A DNA stretch of 64,000 bases. It comes from Hyalangium minutum (GTDB lineage Bacteria; Myxococcota; Myxococcia; Myxococcales; Myxococcaceae). The translations under genes and the position numbers were made by a program. Location: assembly GCF_000737315.1 (NCBI RefSeq), contig NZ_JMCB01000005.1, positions 440,292 through 504,291 of the forward strand. The letters are read 5' to 3'. Shown here piece after piece: positions 29,149-37,439 of this stretch. Under the pieces are notes generated by a model, which saw only the letters and a program-made list of their open reading frames with translations, had not been told where the DNA came from and did no database searches. How positions within the stretch are numbered: the first letter of the stretch is position 1; each line of letters opens with the position of its first letter.

Positions 29149-29180
29149 ACTTGCGACAGGACGGTACAGGCGTGGGCGCC

Positions 29181-29375
29181 TCAGGCGCTCTGGCTGACAC
29201 AGCCACAGAGGCAGCCGGTGCCGCACACACAGCTGATGCACATGCTGCCCGCGTCCGTGAACGAATACGCGGGACCACAGTCCAGCATCTCCAGCTTGAA
29301 CTCTTCGGTCTCCAGCGGCTTGGCGTCGGGGGCAATGAACTTCGCGTTCTGGAGGGGCGCGCTGGGGTTTTCCAT
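29181..29375 (-). CDS. Putative RiPP precursor peptide, 64 aa, Cys-rich core
   Basis: GAGGAAAAA RBS. MENPSAPLQNAKFIAPDAKPLETEEFKLEMLDCGPAYSFTDAGSMCISCVCGTGCLCGCVSQSA has an acidic leader and 6 Cys in residues 46-59; it lies directly upstream of the MNIO. Confidence 0.85.
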   Translation of the reverse strand: MENPSAPLQNAKFIAPDAKPLETEEFKLEMLDCGPAYSFTDAGSMCISCVCGTGCLCGCVSQSA

Positions 29376-29445
29376 TTTTTCCTCAGAAGTCCTAGGGGGA
29401 AGGACTGAGATTTTTACTCTGCGTGGACTTCCTGTCAATGCGCTT

Positions 29446-30630
29446 TCACCCAGGTTTCTCCTCCGGTGCCCCCATCCGGGCGCCCGTGAGGCAAGCCACG
29501 GCCGTCCCCACGCCATCGCGAGGCGTCAGGACGGCGGCGAGCGCACGGGCCTGGTGCCGCAGGCGCTCGTCCGTCAGCGCCTGTTGTATCGAGGCGATCA
29601 GCTGAGGGGCCTTCACGCCTCGTGCAAAGAAGGGGGCCGGAGCGATGCCCAGGCGGTAGGCGCGCTCGGCCCAGAAAGGCTGATCATACGCATGGGGCAC
29701 GAGGACCTGGGGGACGCCCGCACGCGCGGCCGCCGCGAAGGTCCCCGCCCCGCCATGGTGCACCACCGCCGCGACGCGAGCGAAGAGCGGGCGATGCGCG
29801 GCATGGCCAATGCGAAGGAGGGGGCCCTCCACCTGAGGACGAGCGGGAGCGTTCCGCCCCGCATGGAAGACAGCGCGGCACCCCACGGCCTCCACCACCT
29901 CGCGCAGGAGCTGCTCGTTGAGCGCTGGCTCGCTCCCGGCGAGGCTGCCAAAGCCGATGTAGATCGGGGGCTCGCCGGCTGCCAGGAACGCCTCCAGCTC
30001 GTCCTCGAGTGGGCGGGGATCCTCGAGCAGCAGTGCTCCCGTAGGAGGCGCCCACACCTGCACGCCCCCCAGCGAGCCCAGGAGCTCCTCATCCGCGGCG
30101 AGCAGGACCCGCTCCGGAGGAAAGGCGTAGGCGAGCAGATCCTCCACGGGCGGTAGCCCACGCCGGGCGTGGAAGTCCCGCACCGTCTGGAGCAAGACCG
30201 GGGGCACGAAGATGGAGGTGCGCCCGCGGGGCATGAAGAGCCCCGGCGCGTAGACGACCGCCAGGTAGGGCGCGCCCACCGCCGCCGCCGCGGAACGAAC
30301 CGCCATCGCCATTCCCGCGCCGAGCACGAAATCCACCCCCTCCGCGAGCGCGGGCAGACACTCGAGCTGAGCCCGACACTCCTGATCGAGGAAGGCCTCG
30401 ATGGTGCCCGGAGGCAGGTAGCCCGGGGCGCCCCCGGCCCGCCCGCGAAGGAACTCCTCCACATCCTGTCCCATCGGCACGAAGGGCACCTGAAAGGCGG
30501 CGGCATCGGAGGCGTAGAGCGGCCGCGCCGCGAGGATGGCCTCGTGCCCCGCCGAGCGCAGGCCCAGGGCGAGGGCCAGCATGGGCTGGAAATCTCCACG
30601 AGAGCCAGGAGCTGCGAGCAGGAACTTCAC
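29446..30630 (-). CDS. GT1 family glycosyltransferase (Gtf/sterol glycosyltransferase-like)
   Basis: GGAGG RBS, GTG start; GSRGDFQP, PPIYIGFGS, VVHHGGAGT, DQPFWA. Confidence 0.92.
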   Translation of the reverse strand: MKFLLAAPGSRGDFQPMLALALGLRSAGHEAILAARPLYASDAAAFQVPFVPMGQDVEEFLRGRAGGAPGYLPPGTIEAFLDQECRAQLECLPALAEGVDFVLGAGMAMAVRSAAAAVGAPYLAVVYAPGLFMPRGRTSIFVPPVLLQTVRDFHARRGLPPVEDLLAYAFPPERVLLAADEELLGSLGGVQVWAPPTGALLLEDPRPLEDELEAFLAAGEPPIYIGFGSLAGSEPALNEQLLREVVEAVGCRAVFHAGRNAPARPQVEGPLLRIGHAAHRPLFARVAAVVHHGGAGTFAAAARAGVPQVLVPHAYDQPFWAERAYRLGIAPAPFFARGVKAPQLIASIQQALTDERLRHQARALAAVLTPRDGVGTAVACLTGARMGAPEEKPG

Positions 30631-30683
30631 GGCGTCCTCCCTGGCCGGCTGGACACGGGGCGCATCCGCGACGGCCTTTTGCG

Positions 30684-30736
30684 GTGACATGTCACACGCG
30701 CAGGTTGCCATGTCACCCGTCCAGGATGGCATGTCA
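30684..30736. promoter_or_regulatory. Three phased CATGTCA heptamers (21-bp period); the first sits in the palindrome GTGACATGTCAC
   Basis: CATGTCA starts at 30688, 30709 and 30730, about 60-105 bp upstream of the GT1 start. Confidence 0.6.
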
Positions 30737-30912
30737 GCCGTGGGATATCGTGGACGCTTTGAGCGCACAGCGGCGTGGCGCAGGGCGTGGGAGGCTACGG
30801 CAGGCAGCCCACGCCACGGTCATACGTGTGCTTCTGGCAGGACACTCCGATGTCCGTATGGAGGGCAGAAAAGGAGCGGAAAATTCGGGTCAAACACTTC
30901 CTCGCGAGTTGC

Positions 30913-32055
30913 TCACGGGCGGGTTCGGAGGCCGGGACACGCGTTGCCCAGTCCCTGCACATCCGAGTCGTAGTGGATGGACAAGTCCCCAGCTGTGTCC
31001 ACCCGCCGGGCGAAGAGCGAGCCGAAGAGCTCGAAGCCCGTTCCCAGGTTGAACGGGGCGAGGGGCGCGTAGAAGTGACCCACCACCCGGCTCTGCGCGG
31101 GTTCCTGGATGGGTTGGCTCCCACCCACGTAGACGCGCAGGCGCGAGGGGAAGCGCGGTGAGTCCAGGCCGAGCCGGTTCTTCACCGCCAGGCTTCCGGA
31201 GATGAAGAGATCCAGCTCGCCCGTCTCTTCCAGGTGGACGTCGAGGCTCTCCACGTCCACTTCCCCTTCCACGAACAACGCGGCCCGCCCGGTCACGACG
31301 AGCGCCGCCGTGCCGGAGCCTGTGATGCCGCGCAGGTAGAAGCGCCCCTTCGCCAGTTGGAGCGTGCGCGCGCCCATGAAGCCCGAGAGTGCTTCCGGGT
31401 CCACCGAGAGCAAGGCGTTGTCGTTGTCCGTGATGTGGGCGCGGACCCACGCGGCGATGTCCTCGAGCTCGCCGGCGGCGCAGGGGCAGGGAGGTGCTCG
31501 TGGGGGAACAGGCTCTCGCCTCCGCTCGGCCACCTCGAGCGTGCCGGAGACGGAGAGGTTGCGCTCGGGGGGGAGCACCAGGGCGTCACGGACCTTCAGC
31601 TCGGCCAGCTCGATGTCGCCCGCGATCCACGCCGGTCCTTCCACTTGCACAGAGGCCAGGGGCCCGTTGAGCGGGCCCGCGCTGTACAGCGCCCCGGCGA
31701 CGGACAGGGGCCGTGCCACGAGCTGGATGCCCGCAGCCGTGCCTCCCACGGAGAGGGAGCCTCCCACCTGCACCTGCTCGGTGGCGGTCAGGTCTCCGTT
31801 CGTTGCGACTGACGCGCCGCGTCCCCCAGGCACCCAGGGGCCAGCCGAACTCTGGAAGCCATCGGTCAGGAAGGGGGCACTGGTCGTCAGGCTCTCGCAG
31901 GTACACAGGGCATTTGGGAAGACCCGGCCGGCCAGCTCTCCCCGCTCACAGGCTTCCGGTTCTGACTCGGGCAGCACCGCCACGGTGTCGCTCACGGTGC
32001 AACTGGTGCCTTCCACCAGGAGTGCCAGGAGAAGAAGTCGGTGGCTCCATCGCAT
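30913..32055 (-). CDS. Exported hypothetical protein with beta-helix-like repeats
   Basis: Signal or lipoprotein-like N-terminus, several Cys, Gly/Val-rich repeats, GHFYAP...GSLFAR...IHYD tail. Confidence 0.65.
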   Translation of the reverse strand: MRWSHRLLLLALLVEGTSCTVSDTVAVLPESEPEACERGELAGRVFPNALCTCESLTTSAPFLTDGFQSSAGPWVPGGRGASVATNGDLTATEQVQVGGSLSVGGTAAGIQLVARPLSVAGALYSAGPLNGPLASVQVEGPAWIAGDIELAELKVRDALVLPPERNLSVSGTLEVAERRREPVPPRAPPCPCAAGELEDIAAWVRAHITDNDNALLSVDPEALSGFMGARTLQLAKGRFYLRGITGSGTAALVVTGRAALFVEGEVDVESLDVHLEETGELDLFISGSLAVKNRLGLDSPRFPSRLRVYVGGSQPIQEPAQSRVVGHFYAPLAPFNLGTGFELFGSLFARRVDTAGDLSIHYDSDVQGLGNACPGLRTRP

Positions 32056-32128
32056 GCATCGCTCCTTGGAAGGGCCCTCAGGACGGGCCGGTTCGGGCCC
32101 GCGCCGGACATGTTAGGCTCACCGCCCT

Positions 32129-33226
32129 TTGCGCAGCCTCCTTGCCTTCATGAGCCGCCTCTTCCTCGTCTGTGTCCTTGTGGGGTGGGGGACAGCCCGA
32201 GGAGACGAGACAAAGGCTCCTTGGATCGCAGTGCTCCGAACGTCCTCTCCGGAGGATGAGTCCCTGGCGAGCCGGGTCCAGGGGCAGCTCAGCGATCTGC
32301 CCGTGGTGCTCCGCGTGAGCCCGGGGCCGTCGCTCGGGACGAGCGACGCGGAGCAGTGGCGCAGCGCCGTGGAGCTGGCACGCAGCGAGTCCGCCCGGGT
32401 GGCCATCTGGTTCAGCCATGAGACCGAGGCCATCGTCGTCTCCATCGCGGAGCCGTCCACCCAGCACCTGTTCGTGCGGCGCATCCAGGCGGACGGGGCT
32501 GGGGGACGGTTGGGCCACTCCGCGCTGGCCGAGGCCGCGGCCCTGGCGGTGCGCTCGGCGGTGAAGGCCCTGGAGGCGGGGCACGAAGTGGGAGTGATCG
32601 TCGAGCCTCCGCCCGAACCCCCGTCGGCACCGCCTCCCGAAGCGCCACCTCCCGTGTCGCCGCCTCCCAGTCCTCCGGCTCCCAGCTCTCCCGTCCGCGA
32701 GGGAAGCTGGGTGCTGGACTTGGGGTGGCAGGCCGCCGTGGATGGGAGCAGCCCCCGAGGCCAGCAGGGGCCGCGGCTGGGCATCGCAAGGGAGGGCTCC
32801 ACGTGGCGAGCGCGTGCGCAGCTCCTGGCGAGCCTCCAGGCCCAGCTCTCCGACGCGTACACCCGCGTCTCCCTGTCCCGGCATTCCGTCATCGTGGGCG
32901 CAGGGGTCTGCTCGAAGCCTACAGAGCGGCTTCGGCTGGGCGCGGACCTGGGCGTCGGCCTCTCGGGCTTCCGCCGAAGCACCGTGGCCCTGGCCTCGGA
33001 GGTCTCCGCCGTTCCTCCTCGACTGACCCTGGCCCCCTTTGTGAGCCCGGAGCTCTCGGCGCGCTGGCGAGCCGGTGCCGTGGCCCTGGAGGCCTCCATC
33101 TCGGTGGATGTGCTGGCGGGCGTGCCGACCCTTGGCTACCAGCGGGGGGAGGAGTTCATCCCCCGGAACACCCTGTGGTGGGCGCAACCCCGGCTCGGAT
33201 TGGCGATACTCGTGGGCTCTCCATGA
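32129..33226 (+). CDS. Exported hypothetical protein (Pro linker plus beta-barrel-like C-terminus)
   Basis: Signal peptide, Pro-rich linker, amphipathic strands; ATGA-coupled to the ECF sigma gene. Confidence 0.65.
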   Translation: MRSLLAFMSRLFLVCVLVGWGTARGDETKAPWIAVLRTSSPEDESLASRVQGQLSDLPVVLRVSPGPSLGTSDAEQWRSAVELARSESARVAIWFSHETEAIVVSIAEPSTQHLFVRRIQADGAGGRLGHSALAEAAALAVRSAVKALEAGHEVGVIVEPPPEPPSAPPPEAPPPVSPPPSPPAPSSPVREGSWVLDLGWQAAVDGSSPRGQQGPRLGIAREGSTWRARAQLLASLQAQLSDAYTRVSLSRHSVIVGAGVCSKPTERLRLGADLGVGLSGFRRSTVALASEVSAVPPRLTLAPFVSPELSARWRAGAVALEASISVDVLAGVPTLGYQRGEEFIPRNTLWWAQPRLGLAILVGSP

Positions 33227-33858
33227 ATTCTCGTGACCCGAAATCCGACGCACCGGACTCCGTGCCAGGGATGCGGGCGCTCAGAAGCGAGAACCTGGCG
33301 GTGAACACCCCTCAGCAGAGTCGCATTCAGGCCGTCATCGCGGGAGACCGGCGGGCGACGGAGTCGCTCCTAGCGGAGCTGTTGCCCCGTGTGCGCAACC
33401 TGGTGCGCTACCTGCTGCGCGGGGATGACGTGGACGACACCGCCCAGGAGGCGCTGATCGCCATCCTGCGGGGCCTGCCGACCTGGCGCGCGGAGGGCTC
33501 CTTCAAGTCCTGGGCGGATCGGGTCGTGGTCCGGGTCGTCTTTGCCTCGCGGAGGAAGGTGCGCGCCGACCAGCGCGTGGCGGCCCTGGAGCCCGTGGAG
33601 ATGGTGGCGGTGCCCTCGGACGATGTCGCACCGGATGACTACGTCTTCCGGCGGGACATGGCACGGCTGTTGGATCAGCTCTCCGACGAGCAGCGGCATG
33701 CCTTGGTGCTCCATTACGTGTTGGGGATGAGCGTGCCGGAGATGACCGAGCATCTCAGTATTCCCTTCGAGACAGTGCGCAGCCGGCTTCGCCTGGGGCG
33801 TGCCCGGCTTCGGGAACTCTATGAGCAGGAGTCGGCCAGCGCGGGAGGTAGGAAATGA
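33223..33858 (+). CDS. ECF RNA polymerase sigma factor
   Basis: Region 2 DDTAQEALIAILRGL..WRAEGSFKSW; region 4 LSDEQRHALVL...TVRSRLRLGR. Confidence 0.9.
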   Translation: MNSRDPKSDAPDSVPGMRALRSENLAVNTPQQSRIQAVIAGDRRATESLLAELLPRVRNLVRYLLRGDDVDDTAQEALIAILRGLPTWRAEGSFKSWADRVVVRVVFASRRKVRADQRVAALEPVEMVAVPSDDVAPDDYVFRRDMARLLDQLSDEQRHALVLHYVLGMSVPEMTEHLSIPFETVRSRLRLGRARLRELYEQESASAGGRK

Positions 33859-34679
33859 GTCAGGACTCCCATGAGCATGAGGAGCCTTTCGATTTACTCG
33901 GTCCTCTGGATGAGCGTTCCGGGCCCGCGCAGCGCATCTCCCAGAAGCGCTCGGCCGAGCTCATTCAGGGAGTGCTCGCGGTCATGGAGGCTCCTGCCGC
34001 GCCGCCACCGAAGCGCGGCAGGTTCCGCCGAGGGGTTTGGGTCACGGGGGCCTGTCTGGTGCTGGCGGGTGCGGCGGCGGCCAGCTACTGGAGCCTCCGG
34101 ACGTCTCCGCCCGAGGTGCTGCCCGTCCCCCGGGTTGCCGAGGTCCAGCCACCCGTGGCTCCCGCGCCTCAGGCGGTGCAGCCAGCACCAGAGCCGGCCG
34201 TGCCGCCTCCACCTCCGAGCGCTCCCACCGAGCCGGCCGTCGCTCCTGCCCAGGAGCCGGTGGTGCGCCAGCGGCCTGCAGCTCCCGCAACGGAGCCCGA
34301 GGATCTGCTGCGCCGGGCGAACGAGCGCCGGGCCGCGGGCGCATGGCGTGAGGCGGACGCGCTCTACCAGCGGGTCATCCAGTCCCATCCCGGGACGGCT
34401 TCGGCCTACGTGGCGCGCGTGGCCTCCGCGGAGCTGCGGTTGAAGCAGTTAGGAGATGCGCAGGGGGCGCTGCGTCAGTTCCAGCAGGCGCTGCGCATGC
34501 AGCCCCACGGAACGCTGAGCGAGGAGGCCCGGCATGGCGTGGCCGAGGCCTTCCAGGCGCTCGGAGATCCGGTGCGCGAAGCGCAGGCCCTGAAGGACTT
34601 CCTCCAGGCGCACCCGGAATCGCTGCTCGCCGAGCCCGCGCGACGCCGGCTGCAGGCGCTGTCTCCGCCCGCGCCGTAG
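33855..34679 (+). CDS. Putative anti-sigma factor with TM helix and extracytoplasmic TPR domain
   Basis: Overlaps the sigma stop; short N-terminal region, TM helix, Pro-rich linker, TPR-like helices. Confidence 0.7.
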   Translation: MSQDSHEHEEPFDLLGPLDERSGPAQRISQKRSAELIQGVLAVMEAPAAPPPKRGRFRRGVWVTGACLVLAGAAAASYWSLRTSPPEVLPVPRVAEVQPPVAPAPQAVQPAPEPAVPPPPPSAPTEPAVAPAQEPVVRQRPAAPATEPEDLLRRANERRAAGAWREADALYQRVIQSHPGTASAYVARVASAELRLKQLGDAQGALRQFQQALRMQPHGTLSEEARHGVAEAFQALGDPVREAQALKDFLQAHPESLLAEPARRRLQALSPPAP

Positions 34680-34788
34680 TTTTCTGCCGTGCCCGTTGAC
34701 CCGATCATTCTGCTGCCTCCTTCCTTTCCTGAAAACACAGGACGCGCCTGCACGCAGGCGCTGGGCACGAAGGCCCAAGGAGGAAGCC

Positions 34789-36291
34789 GTGCACGAGACC
34801 TTGAAGGCTCCGCGGAAGCTCGCAGTGGACGGGAGCCACTCGCTCCCGCTCGTGCGAGGCGGGGTGTTGCTGCTGGCGGCGTGGTTCCTGCTGTGCCCTC
34901 CAGAGGCGGAGGCCCGCGGTCGCTATTACAACCACTCCAGCACCATCGAGACGTCGCATCCGGACTGGATGAGCTGGGTTCCCGGCCAGACGAACCTGGC
35001 CGCGCTCTCCCTCCCGGGCACGCACGACACGATGTCGTTCCATGGCGGCGTCCTCGTGCAGACGCAGTCGATGCCGCTGCGCACCCAGCTCGAGGCGGGC
35101 ATCCGGGTCCTGGACATCCGGTGCCGCCACATCGACGACCGCTTCACCATCCATCACGGCGAGGTCTACCAGCAGGCGAACTTCGATGACGTGCTGCAGG
35201 CCACCATCCAGTTCCTGCGCGAGCATCCGACAGAGACGGTGCTGATGAAGGTGCAGCAGGAGCATGAGGCGGAGAACACCACCCGTTCGTTCGCGGAGAC
35301 CTTCGCGTGGTACCGGAGCCAGTCCGCCTACAGCCCCTATCTCTGGACGGGCACTTATCTCCCCTCGCTCGATCAGGTGCGGGGCCGGATCGTCATCCTG
35401 CAGGCCTTCAGCGGTGGCTCCTACGGAGTGAGGTGGCCTTCGGACGGGTCGAGCGCCTCTTTCGACATCCAGGATGAGTGGGAGGTCACCTGGGTCTGGA
35501 ACATCCCCGCGAAGTGGGAGCAAGCAAGGGCGCAGTTCATGGAGACGAACAGCGGCTCTGCTTCGGTGATGTACGTGAACTTCCTGAGCGGCTCGTCGCA
35601 CACGGGCGGGGTCTATCCCTACACGGTGGCGAGCGGAGAAGGGTCCGTCTACCGAGGCACGAATGATCAGGCGCTCGAGTACCTGGTGGCGGGCAACGTG
35701 CAGCGCACGGGCGTGGTGATGATGGACTTCCCGGGGGCGGGGCTGATCGATGCCATCATCGCTCACAACTTCCGCCTGGTGCCGGTCACCGTACAGCCCC
35801 GGAGCGACTTCGATTTCATCTTCAAGAGCGTCGCCTGGTCGTTCTCGGGTGACGCCCAGGAGCGATGGAACCAGGAAAAGACGTTCCTCTCCAACGTTCT
35901 GCCTGGGCGAACCTGGCAGTGGATGGCGCTCAAGAGCCAGGCGAGCTTCGTGCAGTACAGCGAGGGCCTGTCCTCTGAGTCGAGCGAGATCGACGGCTAC
36001 ACCCACGCTGCCTTGACTGTCCGCTCGTTGAGCACCGCCGTGAGCCAGAGCAGCCTGCAGGCCGCCGTGATCAGCCGTCTCCCCTTACTGACGGGAGAGG
36101 CGCAGAGCCGGGCGATCGGGTTGTACGGGCACCTGGCGACGAGCTTTCCGTTCCAGTCCTGGATGGTGGTGGTCAAGAAGGCACCGGGAGGCCTGGAGAA
36201 CTGGGCTTACGCCACCTACGGCATCAACCCTGTCTACAAGGTCCAGCTCGGGGACTACCTTTACGCGGTCTGGGGCTATGACGCGCAGTAG
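34789..36291 (+). CDS. Phosphatidylinositol-specific phospholipase C with C-terminal extension
   Basis: AGGAGG RBS, signal peptide; LSLPGTHDT, QLEAGIRVLDIR, IHHG, GVVMMDFP. Confidence 0.9.
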   Translation: MHETLKAPRKLAVDGSHSLPLVRGGVLLLAAWFLLCPPEAEARGRYYNHSSTIETSHPDWMSWVPGQTNLAALSLPGTHDTMSFHGGVLVQTQSMPLRTQLEAGIRVLDIRCRHIDDRFTIHHGEVYQQANFDDVLQATIQFLREHPTETVLMKVQQEHEAENTTRSFAETFAWYRSQSAYSPYLWTGTYLPSLDQVRGRIVILQAFSGGSYGVRWPSDGSSASFDIQDEWEVTWVWNIPAKWEQARAQFMETNSGSASVMYVNFLSGSSHTGGVYPYTVASGEGSVYRGTNDQALEYLVAGNVQRTGVVMMDFPGAGLIDAIIAHNFRLVPVTVQPRSDFDFIFKSVAWSFSGDAQERWNQEKTFLSNVLPGRTWQWMALKSQASFVQYSEGLSSESSEIDGYTHAALTVRSLSTAVSQSSLQAAVISRLPLLTGEAQSRAIGLYGHLATSFPFQSWMVVVKKAPGGLENWAYATYGINPVYKVQLGDYLYAVWGYDAQ

Positions 36292-36339
36292 CGGGCCCAC
36301 GTGAGCCCGCGTCCGCCGGGCCGGCTCTCGAGGGGGCCA

Positions 36340-37250
36340 CCTCTCGCTCCGGACCTGGATGGTGCCGCCGAGCGACTCCACGATCGTCCGCGAAATGTAC
36401 AGCCCGAGCCCGAGGCCGCCGTAGTTCCGCTCGGACACAGCGCGCTCGAAGCGCTCGAAGATCCGCGAGAGGTTCTCCGGCTCCACGCCGATGCCTTGGT
36501 CGACGACGGTGAAGCGCGCGAACTCCCCCTCGCGCTCGAGCGTCACCGAGATCGGCGCGCCGGCGCCATACTTGATCGCATTATCGACGAGGTTGGTGAA
36601 CACCTGCTCGACACGCAGCTTCGCGGACCGAGCGGTCAGGGAGGGCGGCGCGTGCAGCTCCAGCGATGAGCCAGCGCGCTGCGCCTCCGGCTCGAAGCGC
36701 GTCACCACGTCCCGAGCGAGCGCCGCCAGATCCGTCGGCTCCAGCTCCATCCGGAACCTCCCGGAGGAGATCCGCGACACGTCGAGCAGGTCGTTGACCA
36801 GCGCCGCGAGCTTGTCGATCTGCCGCTTCGCGCCTTCGGCGTACGAGCGCATCTGTTGCACGAGAGGGGGGCAGCCTGTTTGTCGAGAGAGCGCGCGAGC
36901 CCCTGGAGGCGGATCGCCATCGGCGTGAGCGGCGTCTTGCGCTCGTGGCTAGCGACCGAGAGAAAGACGTCGCGGAAGCGCGCGCCGAGGGCTGCCGGGT
37001 GCTTGGCGCCCAGGATCTCCGCGTACGCGTCGTTGTAGAGAAACCCGAGCACCGGGCCCCACGCGACGAACATCGGACACTTCGACGTCAGCAGCAGACC
37101 GACGACCGAGCGGAGCGGCTGCGGCCAGCTCGAAGGTGGCCCCAGCGGGGATCTCGTCCAATCGTGCGCGCGCATCAACGCACCGACCTCGCCCCCGCCC
37201 TGGATGAAGAAGTGAGCCTTTTCGCTGGAGGTGTCTTCGTCGTTGCTCAC
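36340..37250 (-). pseudogene. Sensor histidine kinase pseudogene (internal deletion, frameshift, truncated end)
   Basis: GGEVGALMRAHDW...LYNDAYAEILG joins directly to FLSVASHE(R)KTPL; HATPase (NLVDNAIKY, DQGIG, GLGLGL) is in another frame and breaks off after IQVRSE. Confidence 0.8.
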
Positions 37251-37439
37251 TGTCGAGTCCCGTGTCCGCTCGGAGCGTAGAGCCGAACCGAGCGGCTGCC
37301 CAACCATTCCGTTCCGCGAGCACGGCTCCAGTGTTTGGGGCAGCACGTCGCACGGCCGATCACGGCGTCCTCGCGCGAGCGCGGCTCGGTCACGCAAGCC
37401 GTAGCGCGGGGTCCGCAGCGCCCGGCGTGACAGGCCCGT

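Noticed and set aside
23503-29375. Lasso peptide or lanthipeptide interpretation of the cluster
   Set aside because: AsnB keeps its glutaminase Cys and no transglutaminase-like B protein is present. No LanB, LanC or LanM exists despite the FxL[DE]-like leader.
29376-29516. N-terminal 47 aa of the 111-aa ORF containing the precursor
   Set aside because: Overlaps the GT1 3' end and lacks an RBS; the GAGG RBS before ATG 29375 is much better.
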